Below, piece after piece: positions 41,206 to 55,800 of a stretch of DNA of 64,000 nt. Source of the DNA: Paragordius varius (lineage: Eukaryota > Animalia > Nematomorpha); NCBI GenBank assembly GCA_964247055.1, contig OZ176056.1:310001-374000 (forward strand). Direction: 5' to 3'. The position numbers and the translations under genes were made by a program. Within the stretch, counting starts at the first letter, position 1. Every line of letters begins with the position of its first letter. Under the pieces are notes generated by a model, which ran no database searches, was not told the origin of the DNA, and worked only from the letters and a program-made list of their open reading frames with translations.

Positions 41206-43140
41206 CATATCCGATTTTTACAACGATACTTTAAAAATTAATGTATAAAACTAGTCGCATCAATGCTCAAGTTAAACTTTGTCCTTAAAAATCGGACATT
41301 GGTCACCGGTGAACAAAATTTTTTTTTATACATTCTCTTAGTAAGACTACATCAAAATATAGAGATAGTTTGGCAAACTCTTTCATATCCGATTTTTACA
41401 ACGATACTTTAAACATTAATGTATAAGCATCAATGCTCAAGAACTTTGTCCTTAAAAATCGCACATTGGTCACCGGTGAACAAAATTATTTTTTATACAT
41501 TCTCTTCGTAAGACTACATCAAAATATAGAAATAGTTTGACAAACTCTTTCATATCCGATTTTTACAACGATACTTTAAAAATTAATGTATTAAAAAAGT
41601 CGCATTAATACTCAAGTTAAACTTTGTCCTTAAAAATCGGATATTGGTCACCGGTGAACAAAATTATTTTTTATACATTCTCTTAGCAAGACTACATCAA
41701 AATATAGAGATAGTTTGACAAACTCTTTCATATCCGATTTTTACAACGATACTTTAAAAATTAATGTATAAAACTAGTCGCATCAATACTCAAGTTAAAC
41801 TTTGTCCTTAAAAATCGAATATTGGTCACCGGTGAACAAAATTATTTTTTATACATTCTCTTAGTAAGACTACATCAAAATATAGAGATAGTTTGGCAAA
41901 CTCTTTCATATCCGATTTTTACAACGATACTTTAAAAATTAATGTATAAAACTAGTCGCATCAATGCTCAAGTTAAACTTTGTCCTTAAAAATCGGACAT
42001 TGGTCACCGGTGAACAAAATTTTTTTTTATACATTCTCTTAGTAAGACTACATCAAAATATAGAGATAGTTTGGCAAACTCTTTCATATCCGATTTTTAC
42101 AACGATACTTTAAACATTAATGTATAAGCATCAATGCTCAAGTTAAACTTTGTCCTTAAAAATCGCACATTGGTCACCGGTGAACAAAATTATTTTTTAT
42201 ACATTCTCTTCGTAAGACTACATCAAAATATAGAAATAGTTTGACAAACTCTTTCATATCCGATTTTTACAACGATACTTTAAAAATTAATGTATTAAAA
42301 AAGTCGCATTAATACTCAAGTTAAACTTTGTCCTTAAAAATCGGATATTGGTCACCGGTGAACAAAATTATTTTTTATACATTCTCTTAGTAAGACTACA
42401 TCAAAATATAGAGATAGTTTGGCAAACTCTTTCATATCCGATTTTTACAACGATACTTTAAAAATTAATGTATAAAACTAGTCGCATCAATACTCAAGTT
42501 AAACTTTGTCCTTAAAAATCGAATATTGGTCACCGGTGAACAAAATTATTTTTTATACATTCTCTTAGTAAGACTACATCAAAATATAGAGATAGTTTGG
42601 CAAACTCTTTCATATCCGATTTTTACAACGATACTTTAAAAATTAATGTATAAAACTAGTCGCATCAATGCTCAAGTTAAACTTTGTCCTTAAAAATCGG
42701 ACATTGGTCACCGGTGAACAAAATTTTTTATTATACATTCTCTTAGTAAGACTACATCAAAATATAGAGATAGTTTGGCAAACTCTTTCATATCCGATTT
42801 TTACAACGATACTTTAAACATTAATGTATAAGTCGCATCAATGCTCAAGTTAAACTTTGTCCTTAAAAATCGCACATTGGTCACCGGTGAACAAAATTAT
42901 TTTTTATACATTCTCTTCGTAAGACTACATCAAAATATAGAAATAGTTTGACAAACTCTTTCATATCCGATTTTTACAACGATACTTTAAAAATTAATGT
43001 ATTAAAAAAGTCGCATTAATACTCAAGTTAAACTTTGTCCTTAAAAATCGGATATTGGTCACCGGTGAACAAAATTATTTTTTATACATTCTCTTAGCAA
43101 GACTACATCAAAATATAGAGATAGTTTGACAAACTCTTTC
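41206..43140 (+). repeat. 4-monomer higher-order repeat, about three tandem copies (periods 701 and 704 bp)
   Basis: The aaacattaatgtataa deletion monomer recurs with gtataa at 41421, 42122 and 42826, each time preceded by the caatgctc/ggacatt monomer and followed by the attaaaaaagtcgcatt monomer. Confidence 0.85.
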
Positions 43141-44519
43141 ATATCCGATTTTTACAACGATACTTTAAAAATTAATGTATAAAACTAGTCGTATCAATAA
43201 ATCGCATCAATACTCAAGTTAAACTTTGTCCTTAAAAATCGGATATTGGTCACCGGTGAACAAAATTATTTTATATACATTCTCTTAGTAGGACTACATC
43301 AAAATATAGAGATAGTTTGGCAGACTCTTTCATATCCGATTTTTACAACGATACTTTAAAAATTAATATATAAAACTAGTCGCATCAATACTCAAGTTAA
43401 ACTTTGTCCTTAAAAATCGGATATTGATCACCGGTGAACAAAATTATTTTTTTTACATTCTCTTAGTAAAACTACATCAAAATATAGAAATAGTTTGACA
43501 AACTCTTTCATATCCGATTTTTACAACGATACTTTAAAAATTAATGTATTAAACTAGTCGCATCAATACTCAAGTTAAACTTTGTCCTTAAAAATCGGAT
43601 ATTGGTCACCGGTGAACAAAATTATTTTTTATACATTCTCTTATCAAGACTACATCAAAATATAGAGATAGTTTGACAAACTCTTTCATATCCGATTTTT
43701 ACAACGATACTTTAACAATTATGGTATTAAACCAGTCGCATTAATACTCAAGTTAAATTTTGTCCTTAAAAATCGGATATTGGTCACCGGTGAACAAAAC
43801 TATTTTTTATACATTCTCTTAGTAAGACTACATCAAAATATAGAGATAATTGGACAAACTCTTTCATATCCGATTTTTACAGCGATACTTTAAAAATTAT
43901 GCTATTAAACCAGTCGCATCAATACTCAAGTTAAACTTTGTCCTTAAAAATCGGATATTGGTCACCGGTGAACAAAATTATTTTTTATACTCTTAGTAAG
44001 ACTACATCAAAATATAGAGATAGTTTGGCAAACTCTTTCATATCCGATTTTTACAACGATACTTTAAAAATTAATGTATAAAACTAGTCGCAGCAATACT
44101 CAAGTTAAACATTGTCCTTAAAAATCGAATATTACACCGGTGAACAAAATTATTTTTTTTACATTCTCTTAGTAAGACTACATCAAAATATAGAGATAGT
44201 TTGACAAACTCTTTCATATCCGATTTTTACAACGATACTTTAAAAATTAATGTGTTAAACTAGTCGCATCAATACTCAATTTAAACTTTGTCCTTAAAAC
44301 TCGGATATTGGTCACCGGTGAACAAAACTATTTTTTATACATTCTCTTAGTAAGACTACATCAAAATATAGAGATAGTTTGACAAACTCTTTCATATCCG
44401 ATTTTTACAACGATACTTTAATAATTAATGTATAAAACTAGTCGTATCAATAAATCGCATGAATACTCAAGTTAAACTTTGTCCTTAAAAATCGGATATT
44501 GGTCACCGGTGAACAAAAC

Positions 44520-47500
44520 TATTTTTTATACATTCTCTTAGTAAGACTACATCAAAATATAGAGATAGTTTGACAAACTCTTTCATATCCTATTTTTACA
44601 ACGATACTTTAAAAATTAATGTATAAAACTAGTCGCATCAATACTCAAGCTAAACATTGTCCTTAAAAATCGGATATTGGTCACCGGTGAACAAAACTAT
44701 TTTTTATACATTCTCTTAGTAGGACTACATCAAAATATAGAGATAGTTTGGCAAACTCTTTCATATCCGATTTTTACAACGATACTTTAAAAATTTATGT
44801 ATAAAACTAGTCGCATCAATACTCAAGTTAAACTTTGTCCTTAAAAATCGAATATTGGTCACCGGTGAACAAAATTATTTTTTATACATTCTCTTAGTAA
44901 GACTACATCAAAATATAGAGATAGTTTGGCAAACTCTTTCATATCTGTTTTTTACAACGATACTTTAAAAATTAATGTATAAAACTAGTCGCATCAATGC
45001 TCAAGTTAAACTTTGTCCTTAAAAATCGGACATTGGTCACCGGTGAACAAAATTTTTTTTTATACATTCTCTTAGTAAGACTACATCAAAATATAGAGAT
45101 AGTTTGGCAAACTCTTTCATATCCGATTTTTACAACGATACTTTAAACATTAATGTATAAGTCGCATCAATGCTCAAGTTAAACTTTGTCCTTAAAAATC
45201 GCACATTGGTCACCGGTGAACAAAATTATTTTTTATACATTCTCTTCGTAAGACTACATCAAAATATAGAAATAGTTTGACAAACTCTTTCATATCCGAT
45301 TTTTACAACGATACTTTAAAAATTAATGTATTAAAAAAGTCGCATTAATACTCAAGTTAAACTTTGTCCTTAAAAATCGGATATTGGTCACCGGTGAACA
45401 AAATTATTTTTTATACATTCTCTTAGCAAGACTACATCAAAATATAGAGATAGTTTGACAAACTCTTTCATATCCGATTTTTACAACGATACTTTAAAAA
45501 TTAATGTATAAAACTAGTCGTATCAATAAATCGCATCAATACTCAAGTTAAACTTTGTCCTTAAAAATCGGATATTGGTCACCGGTGAACAAAATTATTT
45601 TATATACATTCTCTTAGTAGGACTACATCAAAATATAGAGATAGTTTGGCAAACTCTTTCATATCCGATTTTTACAACGATACTTTAAAAATTAATGTAT
45701 AAAACTAGTCGCATCAATACTCAAGTTAAACTTTGTCCTTAAAAATCGAATATTGGTCACCGGTGAACAAAATTATTTTTTATACATTCTCTTAGTAAGA
45801 CTACATCAAAATATAGAGATAGTTTGGCAAACTCTTTCATATCCGATTTTTACAACGATACTTTAAAAATTAATGTATAAAACTAGTCGCATCAATGCTC
45901 AAGTTAAACTTTGTCCTTAAAAATCGGACATTGGTCACCGGTGAACAAAATTTTTTTTTATACATTCTCTTAGTAAGACTACATCAAAATATAGAGATAG
46001 TTTGGCAAACTCTTTCATATCCGATTTTTACAACGATACTTTAAACATTAATGTATAAGTCGCATCAATGCTCAAGTTAAACTTTGTCCTTAAAAATCGG
46101 ACATTGGTCACCGGTGAACAAAATTATTTTTTATACATTCTCTTCGTAAGACTACATCAAAATATAGAAATAGTTTGACAAACTCTTTCATATCCGATTT
46201 TTACAACGATACTTTAAAAATTAATGTATTAAAAAAGTCGCATTAATACTCAAGTTAAACTTTGTCCTTAAAAATCGGATATTGGTCACCGGTGAACAAA
46301 ATTATTTTTTATACATTCTCTTAGCAAGACTACATCAAAATATAGAGATAGTTTGACAAACTCTTTCATATCCGATTTTTACAACGATACTTTAAAAATT
46401 AATGTATAAAACTAGTCGTATCAATAAATCGCATCAATACTCAAGTTAAACTTTGTCCTTAAAAATCGGATATTGGTCACCGGTGAACAAAATTATTTTA
46501 TATACATTCTCTTAGTAGGACTACATCAAAATATAGAGATAGTTTGGCAGACTCTTTCATATCCGATTTTTACAACGATACTTTAAAAATTAATATATAA
46601 AACTAGTCGCATCAATACTCAAGTTAAACTTTGTCCTTAAAAATCGGATATTGATCACCGGTGAACAAAATTATTTTTTATACATTCTCTTAGTAAGACT
46701 ACATCAAAATATAGAAATAGTTTGACAAACTCTTTCATATCCGATTTTTACAACGATACTTTAAAAATTAATGTATAAAACTAGTCGTATCAATACTCAA
46801 GTTAAACTTTGTCCTTAAAAATCGGATATTGGTCACCGGTGAACAAAATTATTTTTTTTACATTCTCTTAGTAAGACTACATCAAAATATAGAAATAGTT
46901 TGACAAACTCTTTCATATCCGATTTTTACAACAATACTTTAAAAATTAATGTATAAAACTAGTCGTATCAATACTCAAGTTAAACTTTGTCCTTAAAAAT
47001 CGGATATTGGTCACCGGTGAACAAAATTATTTTTTATACATTCTCTTAGTAAAACTACATCAAAATATAGAAATAGTTTGACAAACTCTTTCATATCCGA
47101 TTTTTACAACGATACTTTAAAAATTAATGTATTAAACTAGTCGCATCAATACTCAAGTTAAACTTTGTCCTTAAAAATCGGATATTGGTCACCGGTGAAC
47201 AAAATTATTTTTTATACATTCTCTTATCAAGACTACATCAAAATATAGAGATAGTTTGACAAACTCTTTCATATCCGATTTTTACAACGATACTTTAACA
47301 ATTATGGTATTAAACCAGTCGCATTAATACTCAAGTTAAATTTTGTCCTTAAAAATCGGATATTGGTCACCGGTGAACAAAACTATTTTTTATACATTCT
47401 CTTAGTAAGACTACATCAAAATATAGAGATAATTGGACAAACTCTTTCATATCCGATTTTTACAACGATACTTTAAAAATTATGCTATTAAACCAGTCGC

Positions 47501-50500
47501 ATCAATACTCAAGTTAAACTTTGTCCTTAAAAATCGGATATTGGTCACCGGTGAACAAAATTATTTTTTATACTCTTAGTAAGACTACATCAAAATATAG
47601 AGATAGTTTGGCAAACTCTTTCATATCCGATTTTTACAACGATACTTTAAAAATTAATGTATAAAACTAGTCGCAGCAATACTCAAGTTAAACTTTGTCC
47701 TTAAAAATCGAATATTACACCGGTAAACAAAATTATTTTTTTTACATTCTCTTAGTAAGACTACATCAAAATATAGAGATAGTTTGACAAACTCTTTCAT
47801 ATCCGATTTTTACAACGATACTTTAAAAATTAATGTGTTAAACTAGTCGCATCAATACTCAATTTAAACTTTGTCCTTAAAACTCGGATATTGGTCACCG
47901 GTGAACAAAATTATTTTTTATACATTCTCTTAGTAAGACTACATGAAAATATAGAGATAGTTTGACAAACTCTTTCATATCCGATTTTTACAACGATACT
48001 TTTATAAAATTATGGTATTAACCCAGTCGAATCAATACTCAAGTTAAACTTTGTCCTTAAAAATCGGATATTGGTCACCGGTGAACAAAATTATTTTTTA
48101 TACATTCTCTTAGTAGGACTACATTAAAATATAGAGATAGTTTGGCAAACTCTTTCATATCCGATTTTTACAACAATACTTTAAAAATTAATGTATAAAA
48201 CTAGTCGCATCAATACTCAAGTTAAACTTTGTCCTTAAAAATCGAATATTGGTCACCGGTGAACAAAATTATTTTTTATACATTCTCTTAGTAAGACTAC
48301 ATCAAAATATAGAGATAGTTTGACAAACTCTTTCATATCCGATTTTTACAACGATACTTTAAAAATTAATGTGTTAAACTAATCGCATCAATACTCAATT
48401 TAAACTTTGTCCTTAAAAATCGGATATTGGTCACCGGTGAACAAAATTATTTTTTATACATTCTCTTAGTAAGACTACATCAAAATATAGAGATAGTCTT
48501 ACAAACTCTTTCATATCCGATTTTTACAACGATACTTTAAAAATTAATGTATTAAACTAGTTGCTTCAATACTCAAGTTAAACTTTGTCCTTAAAAATCG
48601 GATATTGGTCACCGGTGAACAAAATAATTTTTTATACATTCTCCTAGTAAGACTACATCAAAATAGAGATAGTTTGACAAACTCTTTCATATCCGATTTT
48701 TACAACGATACTTTTTTAAAATTATGGTATTAAACCAGTCGCATCAATACTCAAGTTAAACTTTGTCCTTAAAAATCGGATATTGTTCACCGGTGAACAA
48801 AAATATTTTTTATACTCTTAGTATGACTACATCAAAATATAGAGAGAGTTTGACAAACTCTTTCATATCCGATTTTTACAACGATACTTTAAAAATTATG
48901 GTATTAAACCAGTCGCATCAATACTCAAGTTAAACTTTGTCCTTAAAAATCGGATATTAGTCACCGGTGAACAAAATTATTTTATATACATTCTCTTAGT
49001 AAGACTACATCAAAATATAGAAATAGTTTGACAAACTCTTTCATATCCGATTTTTACAACGATACTTTAAAAATTAATGTATAAAACTAGTAGTATCAAT
49101 AAATCGCATCAATACTCAAGTTAAACTTTGTCCTTAAAAATCGGATATTGGTCACCGGTGAACCAAAGTATTTTTTATACATTCTCTTAGTAGGACTACA
49201 TCAAAATATAGAGATAATTTGGCAAACTCTTTCATATCCGATTTTTACAACGATACTTTAAAAATTAATGTATAAAACTAGTCGCATCAATACTCAAGTT
49301 AAACTTTGTCCTTAAAAATCGAATATTGGTCACCGGTGAACAAAATTATTTTTTATACATTCTCTTAGTAAGACTACATCAAAATATAGAGATAGTTTGA
49401 CAAACTCTTTCATATCCGATTTTTACAACGATACTTTAAAAATTAATGTGTTAAACTAGTCGCATCAATACTCAATTTAAACTTTGTCCTTAAAAATCGG
49501 ATATTGGTCACCGGTGAACAAAATTATTTTTTATACATTCTCTTAGTAAGACTACATCAAAATATAGAGATAGTTTTACAAACTCTTTCATATCCGATTT
49601 TTACAACGATACTTTAAAAATTAATGTATAAAACTAGTCGCATCAATACTCAAGTTAAACTTTGTCCTTAAAAATCGAATATTGCTCACCGGTGAACAAA
49701 ATTATTTTTTATACATTCTCTTAGTAAGACTACATCAAAATATAGAGATAGTTTGACAAACTCTTTCATATCCGATTTTTACAACGATACTTTAAAAATT
49801 AATGTATTAAAAAAGTCGCATTAATACTCAAGTTAAACTTTGTCCTTAAAAATCGGATATTGGTCACCGGTGAACAAAATTATTTTTTATACATTCTCTT
49901 AGCAAGACTACATCAAAATATAGAGATAGTTTGACAAACTCTTTCATATCCGATTTTTACAACGATACTTTAAAAATTAATGTATAAAACTAGTCGTATC
50001 AATAAATCGCATCAATACTCAAGTTAAACTTTGTCCTTAAAAATCGGATATTGGTCACCGGTGAACAAAATTATTTTATATACATTCTCTTAGTAGGACT
50101 ACATCAAAATATAGAGATAGTTTGGCAGACTCTTTCATATCCGATTTTTACAACGATACTTTAAAAATTAATATATAAAACTAGTCGCATCAATACTCAA
50201 GTTAAACTTTGTCCTTAAAAATCGGATATTGATCACCGGTGAACAAAATTATTTTTTATACATTCTCTTAGTAAGACTACATCAAAATATAGAAATAGTT
50301 TGACAAACTCTTTCATATCCGATTTTTACAACGATACTTTAAAAATTAATGTATAAAACTAGTCGTATCAATACTCAAGTTAAACTTTGTCCTTAAAAAT
50401 CGGATATTGGTCACCGGTGAACAAAATTATTTTTTTTACATTCTCTTAGTAAGACTACATCAAAATATAGAAATAGTTTGACAAACTCTTTCATATCCGA

Positions 50501-51009
50501 TTTTTACAACGATACTTTAAAAATTAATGTATAAAACTAGTCGTATCAATACTCAAGTTAAACTTTGTCCTTAAAAATCGGATATTGGTCACCGGTGAAC
50601 AAAATTATTTTTTTTACATTCTCTTAGTAAAACTACATCAAAATATAGAAATAGTTTGACAAACTCTTTCATATCCGATTTTTACAACGATACTTTAAAA
50701 ATTAATGTATTAAACTAGTCGCATCAATACTCAAGTTAAACTTTGTCCTTAAAAATCGGATATTGGTCACCGGTGAACAAAATTATTTTTTATACATTCT
50801 CTTATCAAGACTACATCAAAATATAGAGATAGTTTGACAAACTCTTTCATATCCGATTTTTACAACGATACTTTAACAATTATGGTATTAAACCAGTCGC
50901 ATTAATACTCAAGTTAAATTTTGTCCTTAAAAATCGGATATTGGTCACCGGTGAACAAAACTATTTTTTATACATTCTCTTAGTAAGACTACATCAAAAT
51001 ATAGAGATA
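44520..51009 (+). repeat. Near-identical copy of 7296-14150 (offset 37224 bp, then 36859 bp after a 365-bp two-monomer deletion)
   Basis: aaacatt at 7921/45145 and 8819/46043, gatacttttata at 10771/47995, gtagtatc at 12231/49090, attgctcacc at 12822/49681. Confidence 0.9.
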
Positions 51010-52868
51010 GTTTGACAAACTCTTTCATATCCGATTTTTACAACGATACTTTAAAAATTAATGTATAAAACTAGTCGTATCAATAAATCGCATCAATACT
51101 CAAGTTAAACTTTGTCCTTAAAAATCGGATATTGGTCACCGGTGAACAAAATTATTTTATATACATTCTCTTAGTAGGACTACATCAAAATATAGAGATA
51201 GTTTGGCAGACTCTTTCATATCCGATTTTTACAACGATACTTTAAAAATTAATATATAAAACTAGTCGCATCAATACTCAAGTTAAACTTTGTCCTTAAA
51301 AATCGGATATTGATCACCGGTGAACAAAATTATTTTTTATACATTCTCTTAGTAAGACTACATCAAAATATAGAAATAGTTTGACAAACTCTTTCATATC
51401 CGATTTTTACAACGATACTTTAAAAATTAATGTATAAAACTAGTCGTATCAATACTCAAGTTAAACTTTGTCCTTAAAAATCGGATATTGGTCACCGGTG
51501 AACAAAATTATTTTTTTTACATTCTCTTAGTAAAACTACATCAAAATATAGAAATAGTTTGACAAACTCTTTCATATCCGATTTTTACAACGATACTTTA
51601 AAAATTAATGTATAAAACTAGTCGTATCAATACTCAAGTTAAACTTTGTCCTTAAAAATCGGATATTGGTCACCGGTGAACAAAATTATTTTTTTTACAT
51701 TCTCTTAGTAAGACTACATCAAAATATAGAAATAGTTTGACAAACTCTTTCATATCCGATTTTTACAACGATACTTTAAAAATTAATGTATAAAACTAGT
51801 CGTATCAATACTCAAGTTAAACTTTGTCCTTAAAAATCGGATATTGGTCACCGGTGAACAAAATTATTTTTTTTACATTCTCTTAGTAAAACTACATCAA
51901 AATATAGAAATAGTTTGACAAACTCTTTCATATCCGATTTTTACAACGATACTTTAAAAATTAATGTATTAAACTAGTCGCATCAATACTCAAGTTAAAC
52001 TTTGTCCTTAAAAATCGGATATTGGTCACCGGTGAACAAAATTATTTTTTATACATTCTCTTATCAAGACTACATCAAAATATAGAGATAGTTTGACAAA
52101 CTCTTTCATATCCGATTTTTACAACGATACTTTAACAATTATGGTATTAAACCAGTCGCATTAATACTCAAGTTAAATTTTGTCCTTAAAAATCGGATAT
52201 TGGTCACCGGTGAACAAAACTATTTTTTATACATTCTCTTAGTAAGACTACATCAAAATATAGAGATAATTGGACAAACTCTTTCATATCCGATTTTTAC
52301 AACGATACTTTAAAAATTATGCTATTAAACCAGTCGCATCAATACTCAAGTTAAACTTTGTCCTTAAAAATCGGATATTGGTCACCGGTGAACAAAATTA
52401 TTTTTTATACTCTTAGTAAGACTACATCAAAATATAGAGATAGTTTGGCAAACTCTTTCATATCCGATTTTTACAACGATACTTTAAAAATTAATGTATA
52501 AAACTAGTCGCAGCAATACTCAAGTTAAACTTTGTCCTTAAAAATCGAATATTACACCGGTGAACAAAATTATTTTTTTTACATTCTCTTAGTAAGACTA
52601 CATCAAAATATAGAGATAGTTTGACAAACTCTTTCATATCCGATTTTTACAACGATACTTTAAAAATTAATGTGTTAAACTAGTCGCATCAATACTCAAT
52701 TTAAACTTTGTCCTTAAAACTCGGATATTGGTCACCGGTGAACAAAATTATTTTTTATACATTCTCTTAGTAAGACTACATGAAAATATAGAGATAGTTT
52801 GACAAACTCTTTCATATCCGATTTTTACAACGATACTTTTATAAAATTATGGTATTAACCCAGTCGAA

Positions 52869-55800
52869 TCAATACTCAAGTTAAACTTTGTCCTTAAAAA
52901 TCGGATATTGGTCACCGGTGAACAAAATAATTTTTTATACATTCTCTTAGTAAGACTACATCAAAATAGAGATAGTTTGACAAACTTTTTCATATCCGAT
53001 TTTTACAACGATACTTTTTTAAAATTATGGTATTAAACCAGTCGCATCAATACTCAAGTTAAACTTTGTCCTTAAAAATCGGATATTGTTCACCGGTGAA
53101 CAAAAATATTTTTTATACTCTTAGTAAGACTACATCAAAATATAGAGATAGTTTGACAAACTCTTTCATATTCGATTTTTACAACGATACTCTAAAAATT
53201 ATGGTATTAAACCAGTCGCATCAATACTCAAGTTAAACTTTGTCCTTAAAAATCGGATATTAGTCACCGGTGAACAAAATTATTTTATATACATTCTCTT
53301 AGTAAGACTACATCAAAATATAGAAATAGTTTGACAAACTCTTTCATATCCGATTTTTACAACGATACTTTAAAAATTAATGTATAAAACTAGTCGCATC
53401 AATACTCAAGCTAAACATTGTCCTTAAAAATCGGATATTGGTCACCGGTGAACAAAACTATTTTTTATACATTCTCTTAGTAAGACTACATCAAAATATA
53501 GAAATAGTTTGACAAACTCTTTCATATCCGATTTTTACAACGATACTTTAAAAATTAATGTATAAAACTAGTCGCATCAATACTCAAGTTAAACTTTGTC
53601 CTTAAAAATCGAATATTGGTCACCGGTGAACAAAATTATTTTTTATACATTCTCTTAGTAAGACTACATCAAAATATAGAGATAGTTTGACAAACTCTTT
53701 CATATCCGATTTTTACAACGATACTTTAAAAATTAATGTGTTAAACTAGTCGCATCAATACTCAATTTAAACTTTGTCCTTAAAAATCGGATATTGGTCA
53801 CCGGTGAACAAAATTATTTTTTATGCATTCTCTTAGTAAGACTACATCAAAATATAGAGATAGTTTTACAAACTCTTTCATATCCGATTTTTACAACGAT
53901 ACTTTAAAAATTAATGTATTAAACTAGTCGCATCAATACTCAAGTTAAACTTTGTCCTTAAAAATCGGATATTGGTCACCGGTGAACAAAATTATTTTAT
54001 ATACATTCTCTTATTAAGACTACATCAAAATATAGAAATAGTTTGACAAACTCTTTCATATCCGATTTTTACAACGATACTTTAAAAATTAATGTATAAA
54101 ACTAGTCGCATCAATACTCAAGCTAAACATTGTCCTTAAAAATCGGAAATTGGTCACCGGTGAACAAAACTATTTTTTATACATTCTCTTAGTAAGACTA
54201 CATCAAAATATAGAGATAGTTTGACAAACTCTTTCATATCCGATTTTTACAACGATACTTTAAAAATTAATTTATAAAACTAGTCGTATCAATAAATCGC
54301 ATCAATACTCAAGTTAAACTTTGTCCTTAAAAATCGGATATTGGTCACCGGTGAACAAAATTATTTTTTATATATTCTATTAGTAGGACTACATCAAAAT
54401 ATAGAGATAGTTTGGCAAACTCTTTTATATCCGATTTTTACAACGATACTTTAAAAATTAATGTATAAAACTAGTCGCATCAATACTCAAGTTAAACTTT
54501 GTCCTTAAAAATCGAATATTGGTCACCGGTGAACAAAATTATTTTTTATACATTCTCTTAGTAAGACTACATCAAAATATAGAGATAGTTTGACAAACTC
54601 TTTCATATCCGATTTTTACAACGATACTTTAAAAATTAATGTGTTAAACTAGTCGCATCAATACTCAATTTAAACTTTGTCCTTAAAAATCGGATATTGG
54701 TCACCGGTGAACAAAATTATTTTATATACATTCTCTTAGTAAGACTACATCAAAATATAGAGATAGTTTTACAAACTCTTTCATATCCGATTTTTACAAC
54801 GATACTTTAAAAATTAATGTATTAAACTAGTCGCATCAATACTCAAGTTAAACTTTGTCCTTAAAAATCGGATATTGGTCACCGGTGAACAAAATAATTT
54901 TTTATACATTCTCTTAGTAAGACTACATCAAAATATAGAAATAGTTTGACAAACTGTTTCATATCCGATTTTTACAACGATACTTTAAAAATAAATGTAT
55001 AAAACTAGTCGTTTCAATAAATCGCATCAATACTCAAGTTAAACTTTGTCCTTAAAAATCGGATATTGGTCACCGGTGAACAAAATTATTTTTTATACAT
55101 TCTCTTAGTAGGACTACATCAAAATACAGAGATAGTTTGGCAAACTCTTTCATATCCGATTTTTACAATGATACTTTAAAAATTAATGTATAAAACTAGT
55201 CGCATCAATACTCAAGTTAAACTTTGTCCTTAAAAATCGGATATTGGTCACCGGTGAACAAAATTATTTTATATACATTCTCTTAGTAAGACTACATCAA
55301 AATATAGAGATAGTTTGACAAACTCTTTCATATCCGATTTTTACAACGATACTTTAAAAATTAATGTATAAAACTAGTCGCATCAATACTCAAGCTAAAC
55401 ATTGTCCTTAAAAATCGGATATTGGTCACCGGTGAACAAAACTATTTTTTATACATTCTCTTAGTAAGACTACATCAAAATATAGAGATAGTTTGACAAA
55501 CTCTTTCATATCCGATTTTTACAACGATACTTTAAAAATTAATGTGTTAAACTAGTCGCATCAATACTCAATTTAAACTTTGTCCTTAAAAATCGGATAT
55601 TGGTCATCGGTGAACAAAATTATTTTTTATACATTCTCTTAGTAAGATTACATCAAAATATAGAGATAGTTTTACAAACTCTTTCATATCCGATTTTTAC
55701 AACGATACTTTAAAAATTAATGTATTAAACTAGTCGCATCAATACTCAAGTTAAACTTTGTCCTTAAAAATCGGATATTGGTCACCGGTGAACAAAATAA

